Part shown: piece by piece, positions 1 through 12,099 of the stretch | Layout of the letters: each line of letters opens with the position of its first letter | Position numbering within the stretch: position 1 is the first letter of the stretch | NCBI RefSeq assembly: GCF_006345805.1 | Contig: NC_043008.1 | Location: 28,396,001 to 28,460,000 of the forward strand | DNA from: Octopus sinensis | Taxonomy: Eukaryota | DNA: 64,000 nucleotides | Reading direction: 5' to 3' | Program-made: the position numbers and the translations under genes | The notes under the pieces: generated by a model | The model's database searches: none | What the model was told of the DNA's origin: nothing | The model's input: only the letters and a program-made list of their open reading frames with translations

Positions 1-1737
1 TTCAAGCACGACCAACAAAAACAATGCCGGACTAACTACTGTTACATGTTACATGCACTTGTCGCATCAGCATCGTATTTAGACAATATAAAAGAGAAAT
101 CTTATTTCGAGATCTTATCATTACATACTTTGGCGTCCAATCAGAACAGTATAAATTCAAACTGAAAACTGTTATATATCTGGATTTTCAGCTTGAAGTC
201 CTAATGTAAACATGCCAATTTAGCACAAGTTCTATGAGCATTATATGACACATACTTATGGAATTATGGGAAAAGTGAACTTCTGATTTGCACTATAGCA
301 GCAATGAAATTTGAACGATTTGCTGATTGATGTAAAAGATTAAATAATAGGAATGGAAAGCAGTAAGCACAAAACTTTTTATTCTATGAAATTATGGGAA
401 TGGAGGAAATGAATACCCTTCAGTTTTCACAAGTCAAAGCTGTACATTAAATCACATACGTATTTCGAGTTGTCAAACTTAGTCACATAAAGTTACAGAT
501 ATTTTGTATATCGGAATTTCTTTGTAGAAAAATGAATATAAAGTTTCTGATTGCTAGCTGGGCAGTATTCCGCTGAAAATCTATAATTTTCGGCGTTTGT
601 ATGATAAACCTCCAATACTTTACGCTATGATGATTATCGTTCTCAAATAAATGTTATACGGCTGCGTTTCTACATTCTGTGTCTACTGCTCAATAAAGCA
701 CTGCCCCAAAAGTATATATATATGCATTATCTAAATTCGAGTCCTGAGAGTGAACTTACCTTAACCGCCGTTATCAATTTAGTTATATTATGTTTTGTTC
801 TCTACTCTAAATATATTTCTTGTGGCATATTTTCAACTCATCAGAAGTTACACTCTTTCTGTTAACTGGGTCAATTTGTGTAGTAGATTCTCATTGACTG
901 AACGTAACTTTACGCATATTATTATACATAAATGTCCGATAGTGTAATTTATAAGCTGGTTCTCATTGACATATAAACTATTCTTCTCATATATTTAGCT
1001 TGGTCTGCTTTAGAAACTTTAGACGTCGCTTTATGTATTTAATCATACCCAGAAAAATATCCTTCTTAATAGGAAAACTCAGCAACTTCGATGCGCACGA
1101 GCAGTGCTTCAACTTCTAATGAAGCTTTCAACATTTCCAGCTTATGACGCTGTAAATTAAACCCGAGTTTGTACAAGATATCGTTGGCAAATATAAATTT
1201 ATATGTTTTGATAGAAGAGTCCACGGAATAAACATTAACAAGCATTCTAAAATAGTATGGCCACAGTATATTTTAATTATTTAATATTATCTTTTCTTAT
1301 TATACCAAAACTCAGAGTAGACAGTGAAATATTGATAAAATAAAAATATCTAAGCGTTCTATGCAACGTATTAAATTCTGTGTAATATAATGTTTGCGCT
1401 ACAAAAGTTAATTGTTCAATATTTTACACAACATTTAGTACTATATATATGTAAATAAATTAGAAAGGTTAGTAGGTTTCACGCGACTAAATTTATTTGG
1501 GAATCAAATAGAAAATAAACAGAGAATGGCTTTAAGAATTTATAACGAGAACGTATTTAAATTTCTTTTCAAAATATACTAGTTTCAAGCAATTTTAGCA
1601 AGTTTTCTTCATATTGTTAGAGAAGGACATATGCAGTGAAATAAAATAAACTTCCAAGAAGTTCCGGAAGTTTACATGATTTGCTCCCAACATACGCATG
1701 GTGACAGTAGTTGGTTTCCTGCAGAATTCAGCTTGGG

Positions 1738-1738
<1 letters not shown>

Positions 1739-1791
<53 letters not shown>

Positions 1792-1826
1792 CAGCAGCAG
1801 TAGTATTAGCCGCAACAGCAGCAGCA
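1739..1826. repeat. (TAG)n/(CAG)n microsatellite
   Basis: Direct tandem trinucleotide tract; explains the poly-Ser ORF 1676-1894. Confidence 0.95.
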
Positions 1827-2989
1827 ACATTTCTTGCAGTTGTTCTTTACTGGTAAGGAAGGCGGCGAGTTGTCAGAGTCATTATCATGCTTAAAATATG
1901 CTAAGCGGCATTTCTTCTGTCTTCGCCTTATGATTTCAAATTCCGCCATTACATAAAGATGCAAACAGGTTTTATGGTAGGTAAGTAAAAAGCGCTTAAA
2001 TATCTGATCTTTTTGAAAACAGCTACGAGATTTCTTTTTCATGCTAATATTATATAACATTTTCAAATGACTCTTTACTTCATATTTTGATATGTTTTTC
2101 CATTTTACACTTTAGCGTTATTCAATCATTCACATTTACTTCAATATAAGTTTAATCAGAGAGCGTGAATGTTATAAATTCTAAATTTGAAATACTTCTC
2201 AAATATATTTTCCTACCTATTATTGAAGCTCGAATGCATTTCATGTGAATACAGTTTTATTTGATCGACTTTCGTTCGCCTATTCCTGTAGTTATAAATA
2301 ATTAATATTTATACGGTGTATTAGGTATCAAAGAATATTTTTTACCCATCATTTTCCCTCTATCAACGTCTACGTATATAAAGTTGATTAGTTATTATAT
2401 GTAACTTTTACGTTTAATCGTGATTTTGATTTTGTGTGACTACTTTAGAGAATAACTCAGTTATGTAAATTTTACAGAAAGCGGCATTAAAGATTATTTT
2501 ATTATACGTTGTTTAACCAATGCTATGCTCTCCTTTCCGTCTAGGACGAAGAATCTTGATACTACTACGGTTCTGACGTTCATTCATTTTCTTTACTTGC
2601 ATGTCTTTCATTTAAGCTATTGTTCTGTATGCAAAATTTCGACATGTTATTATGTTTTACGATGTGATCTCAAAATATATTTTAATGTTTTGATAATTTT
2701 AAATAGCTTTATCCATATACGTTGTCGAACAACAAAGAAAATCAGTAGCTGCTAAATTATCCTTTTTAGAAATAGTGTTCTGCCTTTGTATAGCATGTTA
2801 CATTTGTAACAATTAAGTAAATTTGCACAGTACCTATGTGTAGAAGAAAAAATAACAAAGAAATACAGTACATAAGAGTCTCTGTCATAGCTACAAAGGT
2901 TTTCAGCAAATAACATTAGAAAGTACCGAACGGATTTTCCTGTTAATGGTTCAGATTAATGCCAATGGCTCAGATTCATACATATGTAC

Positions 2990-4270
2990 TTTGGGTTGTC
3001 AGAAAAATTATTTAGCTTTATTTGCTATTATTCATTTTAAATCCTTATTTTTCATTAATAATTTTAACAAATTAGTCAATAATATATTCGTATTTCTCGT
3101 TCATGATTTTTTCAAAGTTTAATTTGGTTATCATTGCCATTCCCCTATAAATCACTGGCTCTCGATTTGATGAAATCGTCGATTAACAATCTTATCTCTA
3201 CATCATTGTTGAACGAAACCTCTCGGTGTCAGTTGGAAATTGACCGCAAAAGGTAATAATCTGAAGCCAGTATGCGAGGATAAATCATTGGGCGTCGTAG
3301 AGTCTCTTAAAGGAGGCTCCGGAGTAACACATTTGATCAAATAAGCAACAAGGGAGTGGAGAGCATTCCTTTGTTGGAGAAACATAGTGTGTTGCTCGTT
3401 GAGTCGTTTCAGTTTGATTGTTTCTCTGACCATTGATAGTCGTATAGATCTGCAGTGATCATGACTTTGTTTCTATGTATTTGATGATAAAGTAGCACAT
3501 CCCAGTTCCACAAAAGGAAAATTATATATATTTGTCCTGTATGAATGCTACTCTGGCATAATTCCAGATGTTGCTTTGCATATTAGAACATTCTGTGCTC
3601 TGATTATTATTGATATAACGGTACCATTTCTTATTACTAATGAGATCGTTGGAAAAAGATATCCGTATTCCCGAATAACATCGTAAAAAGTGAGCTAAAT
3701 AATGGTATTGTAGCAGTGGAATTTGGATAGAGCTTGTGGGCGCCATGCACCGAGTTCTTGGATCCTAGCCATCAAATGAATGTAACGGACGACGGTATCA
3801 TATGAGCTTCTCAACAGTTCGGACATTTTCCCAGCGATTTGCCGTGTATTCTCGTGAGATCATGTATAAAGACCTTCGTTTAATTGAACAGGTCCGATGG
3901 AGCACGGTGAGTTTGTGAGGTCGCGTTTTCCCACGTGGAATCGTGAAAAATCTTTACTGCTCAGTTCTTTCAGCAATAACCAGTTCTCCGTACATAGTAC
4001 ATATGTTTTAAGCGGTTTTCGCAGCCCTCTAAACTATGGAAACTGAACAGAAGCAAATGCTGTAAATGCATTCTTTTTGTACTTGACACTCGATCGTCAT
4101 ATGCCTGAAGAAAGTGGACTATACAGTTCGAATTTTAAAAACATTAAGCAAAGTTGTAGAAGAATGATAAACAAAAACCATAACACACAATGACAAACAT
4201 ATGCTCGTTCGTGTTAAATCAAATGACATTGTGCAGAAAGGATTGACTTTATCTGTCAGGCTAATATTTT
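2990..4270 (-). mobile_element. Decayed mariner transposon
   Basis: Minus-strand translation gives ordered mariner motifs: QELGAWRPQAL (WVPHEL-like), ISNKKWYRYINN (TGDEKW-like), QLKRLNE, MFLQQRNALHS (LHDNARPH-like), PEPPLRDSTTPND (HPPYSPDLAPSD-like). Many stops and frameshifts; TIRs only vaguely visible. Confidence 0.65.
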
Positions 4271-5984
4271 TTACGTTGAATACTTTTTTCTCGTTATCGG
4301 ATTTGACAAATTAGCTTAATTAGAAATGTCACATATCAACATGCTTTCCATTTAGTATTTACATTGGAAACACATCTAGAGGGACAATATACAATACACT
4401 TTGGAGATGAACAAATATTTTGAAAGGAGTGTAATATATCAATATGCATCAGTGTGGGTGTTTTACGGAGGTGATTCGCAAATATAATAATAGTAGTACA
4501 TAATATTTATGTTTTCCCACAGCCATTCCGACATCAAAAATAATTATATATATTTGACCACACTTTATCTAGTAAAAATACCACTTCCTCACGAAAATAA
4601 ACAGAATTACATAATACATCAGATCGTAATTCCGCCGTATCGTGGTGAACCACCACAGTCTAATGCGCAATTATGACAGATGCTTCAAGTTATTGAGATC
4701 TTTTTTGAGTAGATTAAACATAGCTGTTTATCATACAGCTAATAGTGCTAAACATCTATATGTGTTTGAGATCAATTTCGTCTACCTTTAAGTAAAATAC
4801 TAACTTCATTCGTCCAAATGTTTGAAAAGAAATAATATAATTTTAGAAAAACTTAATAGTATAGTAAATTTTTAAAATTTAGACAGACTTATGTCTGCAA
4901 AATATTTTGTCTCACACTACCGTACCTTTTGGGAATTATTATACTTGGTTCGATTATTCATATGATTATTATTATTATCGTCCGTTTTCTCTCTCAAGAC
5001 GCGTTTGAATTTTAACGTTTCGAAAAGAATGAGTTTACAATTACTCAGTGGTTCAGAATAAAGCAATAGATGATCTTAACATGTATGGCCGAAACTTTGC
5101 GTGTATTTGTTTATGTCAGTGGTATCACAACGGTTCCGCTTACAATAGACACGTGATTTGACTCCCGTATGTTACTTACTACCATAATCCCCCATTTATT
5201 TTATTTTTCTTCACCCGATACGTTACGGCAACTTATTCATAGCTCCATATGCATTTCAAAACATTCTTACTTTTATTTTGAAGTATCTCAAATCCCCAGA
5301 AGAAAGAAAATAAATCTATTCTTTCTCGTTTCCGTTTGTTCCATTATAGTTCTTCCTTTGGACGTTTCTATATTGTCACTTCTATTATAGGAGGCTCTTA
5401 CATCATTGTCTGTATAAGTATCTCGATTTATTACCGAATATAGTATATTTTTAACCCGAAGATTGAGGAACATAATTTTACATCTTGCATTTGAACATTT
5501 CCTGCATGCATAATTAATGTCCGATATTTCAATGATTTTACTACGCCAACACACTTCCTAACTTGTTCCATAGCAGCTCCTATAACCGACGTTTCCTTGA
5601 AATTTGTTATATATTTTTGCCTTTGTAGCTGTACTGCAGCTCCATATTCAACAAAACCGTGTTTGAAGTATGTGTCATTTTATAGTTAATCTTATTGTCA
5701 AAATAATAATTACACATCATTTTACGAATCATTATTTAAAGTTGTATGCACATGTGTCTAATATACGGTTGATATCAATGCATGAAACAAATAAAAAATA
5801 TATTTCATTCTCTTCTTGGTCCTATATTGTCTATAACGTGAAATTGCGTATTTTCATGCTGCGCAAGTATCACAACTCTCTATCTTGTAGTAGAGGTGCC
5901 ATTTAATTGAGGTAGCTGATTTTTGTTTGATATTTATGGTCCAAGAGTTTACTTACTTTATACATTATGGACAGATATGTATAG

Positions 5985-6420
<436 letters not shown>

Positions 6421-6943
6421 CCGCTCTGCAATGTCTCTGGAATGTTCCATGGTATTTTATGAATATTAATTAAAGTTGCATTTGCATTTCAACATCTTAA
6501 CGTCTAACAAATAAACCGTGCACACAAATTAATAATTCAAAATGTCATCCACTCAACGTGGAAGTATTAAAGGACATTTTACAGCGCCGATATTGGTCCT
6601 ATGATGGAGAGCACTACATAATGAATTAGGCATGTGAAAGGTTTCTTCTGAGTAGCTGCTTCGCCTTCTGAGATTAGATGAAAAGTGCATCAAGAACTTC
6701 GTGTCACGGGTAAAACTGACATTGTTTGATCCGGATCATGCCAGTTTCCTAAATCAGGGTCAGTTTCGGGTTCGTCACCTTGATCGAGACACAAATAAAC
6801 AATTCATGCAGTGATAACGCGCCACCTTACATTGCACAAAGAAAGGCTAAGCCAGTTTCATGTACAGGGATTTATGTAAATCTACAGGAATTATGTATAT
6901 TATTTGCATTTGACGGACATTTCTCCCCATCTTGTTTGTTGTT

Positions 6944-6989
6944 AACACAACGTTTAGGCTGATATACCCTTCAGCCTTCATCAGGTGTC
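6944..6989 (-). ncRNA. Minimal type I hammerhead ribozyme motif (G12 mutated)
   Basis: Minus strand: GACAC CTGATGA A GGCTG(AAGGGTATAT)CAGCC TAAA CG TT GTGTT. Intact CUGAUGA core, 5-bp stem II, stem I GACAC/GTGTT, but GAAA reads TAAA. Confidence 0.55.
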
Positions 6990-7074
6990 TTGGGGAACTT
7001 TCGAACCGGAAGAGCGAGGGCTACTAACACCAAGATTCCGAGTTCAATTCCAAGCAGTGACCTGAATAGTAGTA

Positions 7075-7135
<61 letters not shown>

Positions 7136-7144
7136 GAATAATAA

Positions 7145-7175
<31 letters not shown>

Positions 7176-7292
7176 AAGAAGAAGAAGAAGAAGAAGAAGA
7201 AGAAGAAGAAGAAGAAGAAGAAGAATATAAACAACAACAGCAACATCGAAAAATACCTTAGGAATTAGGACTCAGGTTCGAAATTTCCCCAA

Positions 7293-7338
7293 GACACATA
7301 ATGAAGGCTGAAGGGTATTTCAGCCGAAAAGTTGTGTT
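7293..7338 (+). ncRNA. Minimal type I hammerhead ribozyme motif (core mutated)
   Basis: GACAC ATAATGA A GGCTGAA(GGGTAT)TTCAGCC GAAA AG TT GTGTT. Partner copy of 6944-6989 with different lesions. Confidence 0.45.
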
Positions 7339-9074
7339 AACAACAAACAAGATGAGGAGAAATATCCGTCAAATGTAAATAATGTACAGGGAAGATAGTC
7401 TCAGTTTTTTGAGATGCGAAAGGAATTGTATTAATTGATTTTCTTCAAAAGTATCACACCATCAATGCAGAGTATCACGCCAACTTGCTGAGACAATTTC
7501 GGTCGTCTATCAAGAAGAAACGCCCAGGAACACTGTCAAAAGTTGTCTCGTTTCATCGGGATAATGTTCCAGCACACAAGTTCTTCATTTTAATAGCTGC
7601 CGTGCTTGAATGTGGTTTGATTTTTCCCCATCCCGTTGTCATATATTCCCCTACATAAAAAATGTCTTGGCTATGAACCAGTAACGTGACATGATGACGT
7701 CACATTTGCAGTTGATAAGTTTTTTGAACAACGGTATGAATTCGTCTTAACCATTGGGATTGAAGCATTGAAAAAGTGCGTGGAGCTTAAGGAAGACTAT
7801 GTTGAAAAAACCTCATTTAGTGAAATTCACTGAAATTACGATTTATCCTGCCGACCTTCGTATTAGATAGAATTTCCCAAGTTACAAAATGAAACTTAAA
7901 TAATATATTTTTGAAAAGCTTTTAAATATTTCACTTTTAACATTTTCCGAGCCTAGACAAAATTATTCGGATTTTATTTCGCATTTTCATATTTATCATT
8001 ACTCTATGCGACTTTCAAAACCCACTGATATTAATGAGATCAGTCCGTCATATTAAATCATGTCAGCCTAACTGTCAGTAGCTTGGAAGTAACGAGAATC
8101 ATTTAATTATTATAATATCACCCAGTCGATATAAAACTAATTAAATTGGTTATAATTTATTTCCATCAAAGGAACTATTCACTGAAGGGGACTTAATTGC
8201 TTTTTCTGTAAGATATGTTCAATATATTTTAAAGTTGTTTACTCGTAGTATTCATATGGAAATGAGTTTTATGATTAGTAGATCTGATACCTGCACGTTG
8301 CCCCTGCTATGCATGATTGGAAATCTAAGTGGCTATTTGTGTGATAAGAAACGGAACATTCACGCAGCTTTACTTTATATGAACTTATTGAGAGCACCTA
8401 CTTTCGGCTGAATGGGCGTAATAATATCCCAGTTTTCGCCTGGCATATTTTATACACTATAGTTCATTAGTTTGATACGAGACATATATTAATTCATATT
8501 GAAGGAAGATCGTTATTGGAGTGAAAATGTTGAGATCCAACACAATATTCCTTTAGATTTAGTCAATTATTCTTTGTTCAGCTGTAATATATTTTTGGTA
8601 ATGTTGTCTTTGTTACCGACAGTTCAATTTTAATCGGTAATTCTTTTAAGGAAAGGCATTACAGCCATGATGATAAATCATTTTTAATTCCATCATCGCG
8701 TGTTATTGAGGAGATTATTGAATGTGTTCATTAAGATAGGAGAGAGTGTTTAGAATATATATTTGCTGTCTCTAGCATGATAAAGGTGTTCATATTTGTC
8801 ACATCTTTAGCTTGATAATAATTACTTTGCGTAATGGAAACGCGATATTCTTGTATACACTTAAAATTAAACAGCATGGAAATAATACATTCCTGTTTTC
8901 CCCAAATACACAATTATACTAACGTTACTGCTTATTGCAATGTTTACACCAAAGTATTAATGTTAATTATGATGAATATTCAAACATTTTTACGTAAATT
9001 TTTTTAATTTTCTTTGACTGATATACAGATGTCCAACAAAAATGCTCGATTTACAAATTTAATTATCGTTTATG

Positions 9075-9297
9075 ATATAGGCATAAGAGCTGCACGTTTG
9101 GAGAGGAGAGGGGTAGTCAATTATGTAGACACCAGTACTGGTCTAGAAACTAAATATAAGTATTTTGTCGACACCGAAATTATAGCTAGCAAAGTCAACC
9201 TCGGCGGAATTTGAACTCAGAACGTAAAGCCAGAAGAAATGATGACACACATTTTATTCCATGCCGTCACTGTTCTGCTAGCTCACATCCTTTTAGA
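9075..9297 (-). mobile_element. tRNA-derived SINE (MetaSINE-like central domain)
   Basis: Reverse complement reads ...gttctgagttcaaattccgccgaggttgactttgc...gtcgacaaaatac; same family as 29722-29921 and 52853-53062. Confidence 0.7.
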
Positions 9298-10351
9298 AGA
9301 TTAATAATAAAGGGTTGCCAAAATACTCAACTTCTTGAGGTTTACACTATTTATTTAGGGGCTTACAAAGTACTAAATAAGGGTTACTATCCAGAATTCC
9401 AAAGAATACGTTTGCGGTACCTAAGAATAAGGCTTGCTGTAACTTTGAAAACCATTTTTAGAGTTATCACAAAGGTAGAATCTATAGAATATATATAACT
9501 AAAGATGCGTTTTATAGAATCTCAATGTATGAACTTATATTGCATTGAAATATTTTCTGCAACAACATTTAACAAATGAATGAATATATTCAATAGTAGT
9601 AATGGCAATCAAAAATACAATGCAATATCACAATATCGATTGATATTGGGTCGAAAAGTGGACATATCTATGAAGTAGTGTATTGGGATGATAGAGCATT
9701 TGATACGGCATTTTTAGACTCCATGATAAATAAAGGAAAAAAATTAACGTATATAAATAACTAATATGATATAATGTATTCACGTCAAATATACTATTTT
9801 AAGGTAGTAATGATATTTATGAAGCTACACCAGAGAAAGCACATGAAATCAAGCGACAACAGCGGCAAACATAAAAATGTGTGCCGAATAAATACTTTTG
9901 ATGAGGGAAAGACTTAAACAGAAGCGATGCATTACGCCAATATCAACTTAAATATAACGATGATTATGTCATCGCTTCTAGAAAGACGAAAAACTTTCAA
10001 ATTGTCAATGCAAACATAGTGAAAGCACTCTTTACATTTATATATCGGATATTCTACACAGTTTTGTGGCCACAATGAATCTCCTGATATGAAAGTTTTA
10101 AAGAAGTAGGATAATTTCATACATACGAACAAATAAAAAAGTAAAGAACGGTTACTTTGCGGAAAATGATGTAATTGCTTCTAAAAAGTATAGAATGTAC
10201 TGTGTGAAATTTCTTCACTTACACTAGTATTTAATTGCTATGAAAATTAAAACATTACAATGTGTTTAGTACAGATTAAAAACAAAAAAAATAATTTTTG
10301 TATAATTCTCACAAAGATGTTAAAACTCCAAGGAGAGGTCATTACATATTT

Positions 10352-11625
10352 GGGCGCAGGATTGGCTGTGTGGTAAGAAATTTGCTTCCCAACCACATGG
10401 ATCCAGGTTTAGTCCACTGCGCGACATAAAGAGAGTATGTCACCTACTACAGTCTCAGGCCGACCAAAGCCATATGAGTGGATCTGACAGATGGAAACTG
10501 AAAGTCCCTCATGTATATACGAGATCTGATAAATAAGTATCCGGACTGGTGTTATAAATCCAAAACTACAACACGTACCAATTTGGCATTTACTCTCCTT
10601 CAAAATTGTCCCCGTCGGAAGCCACACACTTAATCCAGCATTCCTGGAACTTGTTTTCTGAGATAATCAATAGCTGCCGCTTTGCATTCCTAATCTTGAT
10701 TTCCTCAACGTTTTGAAATCTTCTTCCTTTGAAGAGGGATATGATTTTTTGAAAGACGAAGGAGTTGCAAGGAGCGAGAGCTGAAGAATACGGTGGCTGT
10801 CGGACCTGAAGAATGCTGTGCCTAGTCAAAAACTTCTGCACAAGCTGCGCTGAATGAAGAGGCGCGTTGTTAGCTGAAAGCAGCTGTGGAACAAACTTGG
10901 TAGACACACGTCCCATACCCAAATATCTAGTGATAATGGACTGAACTGAACCATAACTAAACTGCACATCCTCTGATAACTCACGGGTGGTGATTTCCCG
11001 TCATGCCAGCACGCACATCTGCGATGTTTTTCGCTGTTCGGTTGGTTGCAAGTCTCCCAGAACTTTCGTCACTATCGACATTTAGTCGGGTCATACATTC
11101 TTCTCCATATAGTTTATGCAAATTTGCGTAGGCCATTCAGCAGGTATCGCCAAGCTTTTGACAAAATCTGATTCAGATGCATGTTTAATGCGATGTGCAC
11201 GTATTACACATGTTCATTCCAAGTACTGCTGTAAACAACGGAAGTGAGCTAGAACGTTAAACCATAGGTTGCATGTACAGTAAAGTTTCAGGTCAATCTG
11301 TTCCAAGCGGCTTTACTCAGTGTGCTTTAACTTCGTTACTCTGGCAAGAGTCTGGATACTTATTGATCAGACAGCGTATGTGTTTGTTAGTGTGTGTGCG
11401 TTTGTGAGTGTGTGTGTATGCGTGTGTGCTTGTGTATTTTTTTCTCCATGTTTGTCGCCCATCACCAGTTGGTAACTGTTGTGATGTATTTAGGTAACAT
11501 AGCAATTCAGCAAAAGAGGCTCATAGAATAAGTAGCAGGCTTTAAAGAAAGTAGGTATTTGAGGCGATTTGTTTGACTAAATTATCCAAAACGGTGCTTC
11601 TTCATGACTGCAGACAAATGACGTC
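10352..11625 (+). mobile_element. tRNA-derived SINE split by a nested mariner
   Basis: Head ggcgcaggattggctgtgtggtaagaa...caggtttagtcc at 10352-10425, body to 10517, then resumes after 11378 with a (TG)n tract and tail. Confidence 0.75.
10518..11378 (-). mobile_element. Internally deleted mariner with both TIRs and TA TSDs
   Basis: TIRs tacgagatctgataaataagtatccggact and gtctggatacttattgatcagacagcgta. Transposase remnants FCQKLGDT, DESSGR, KFVPQLL fused directly to NAPLHS...QPPYSSALAPC...KCVASDGDNFEG (catalytic middle deleted). Confidence 0.9.
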
Positions 11626-12099
11626 CGCTACTGAAATAACGTTCACCAACTCGTTACATACGTTCGATGTTATTATAATTAAGTTTGGAAGAATTTGCAT
11701 TTATAAAAAATATCTTAACAAATATGTAACGATTAATTAGATGTAATGTACAATTCCCATGTAAGAATAAAATTAATTTATTTATTACGATATTTCACCT
11801 TCGGATATTGTTACGCATTGGAAACATCTTAATTTAATAAAGATATGTAAGAATTTTGTGTCATTCCATTCAAATATAATTAAGGTTATTTTGATGAGGG
11901 TGGATACAATTTGATTTATATTTCATCGCACAGACAACTGGTATGATTAATTTATAACATAAACAGAAATGTATTTGTATTTGGAATTGTAAAGAAATTG
12001 ATAGTTAGGGAAAACAATATATTTCTTCACATTTTAAACAGATAATATACTGAGTAAAAGCAAAGAATTCTAATGGATTTACTACAGGAGTTAAGAAAA

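Larger units (their letters stand above)
6871..7392 (+). mobile_element. Non-coding hammerhead-bearing element: inverted arm + truncated tRNA-like head + (AAT)n(AAG)n + PLE-type tail
   Basis: Inverted arms 6894-7007 and 7275-7388. B-box-like GAGTTCAATTCC at 7040-7051. TGTACAGGGA duplicated at 6861-6870 and 7383-7392, and removing the insert restores the mariner reading context. Confidence 0.75.
6590..7862 (+). mobile_element. Decayed mariner (Himar1/irritans-like) interrupted by an insertion at 6871-7392
   Basis: Translation: HNELGM*KVSS before the insertion, then GKIVSVF*DAKGIVLIDFLQKYHTINAEYHANLL...FHRDNVPAH after it. TIR-like end ttatcctgccgaccttcgta at ~7843-7862. Confidence 0.75.

Noticed and set aside
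5060-5105. GGCCGAAAC hammerhead-like tail
   Set aside because: No upstream core or partner helix.
8278-8385. Helitron-like mini element
   Set aside because: Only vague terminal resemblance; no 3' hairpin or CTRR end.
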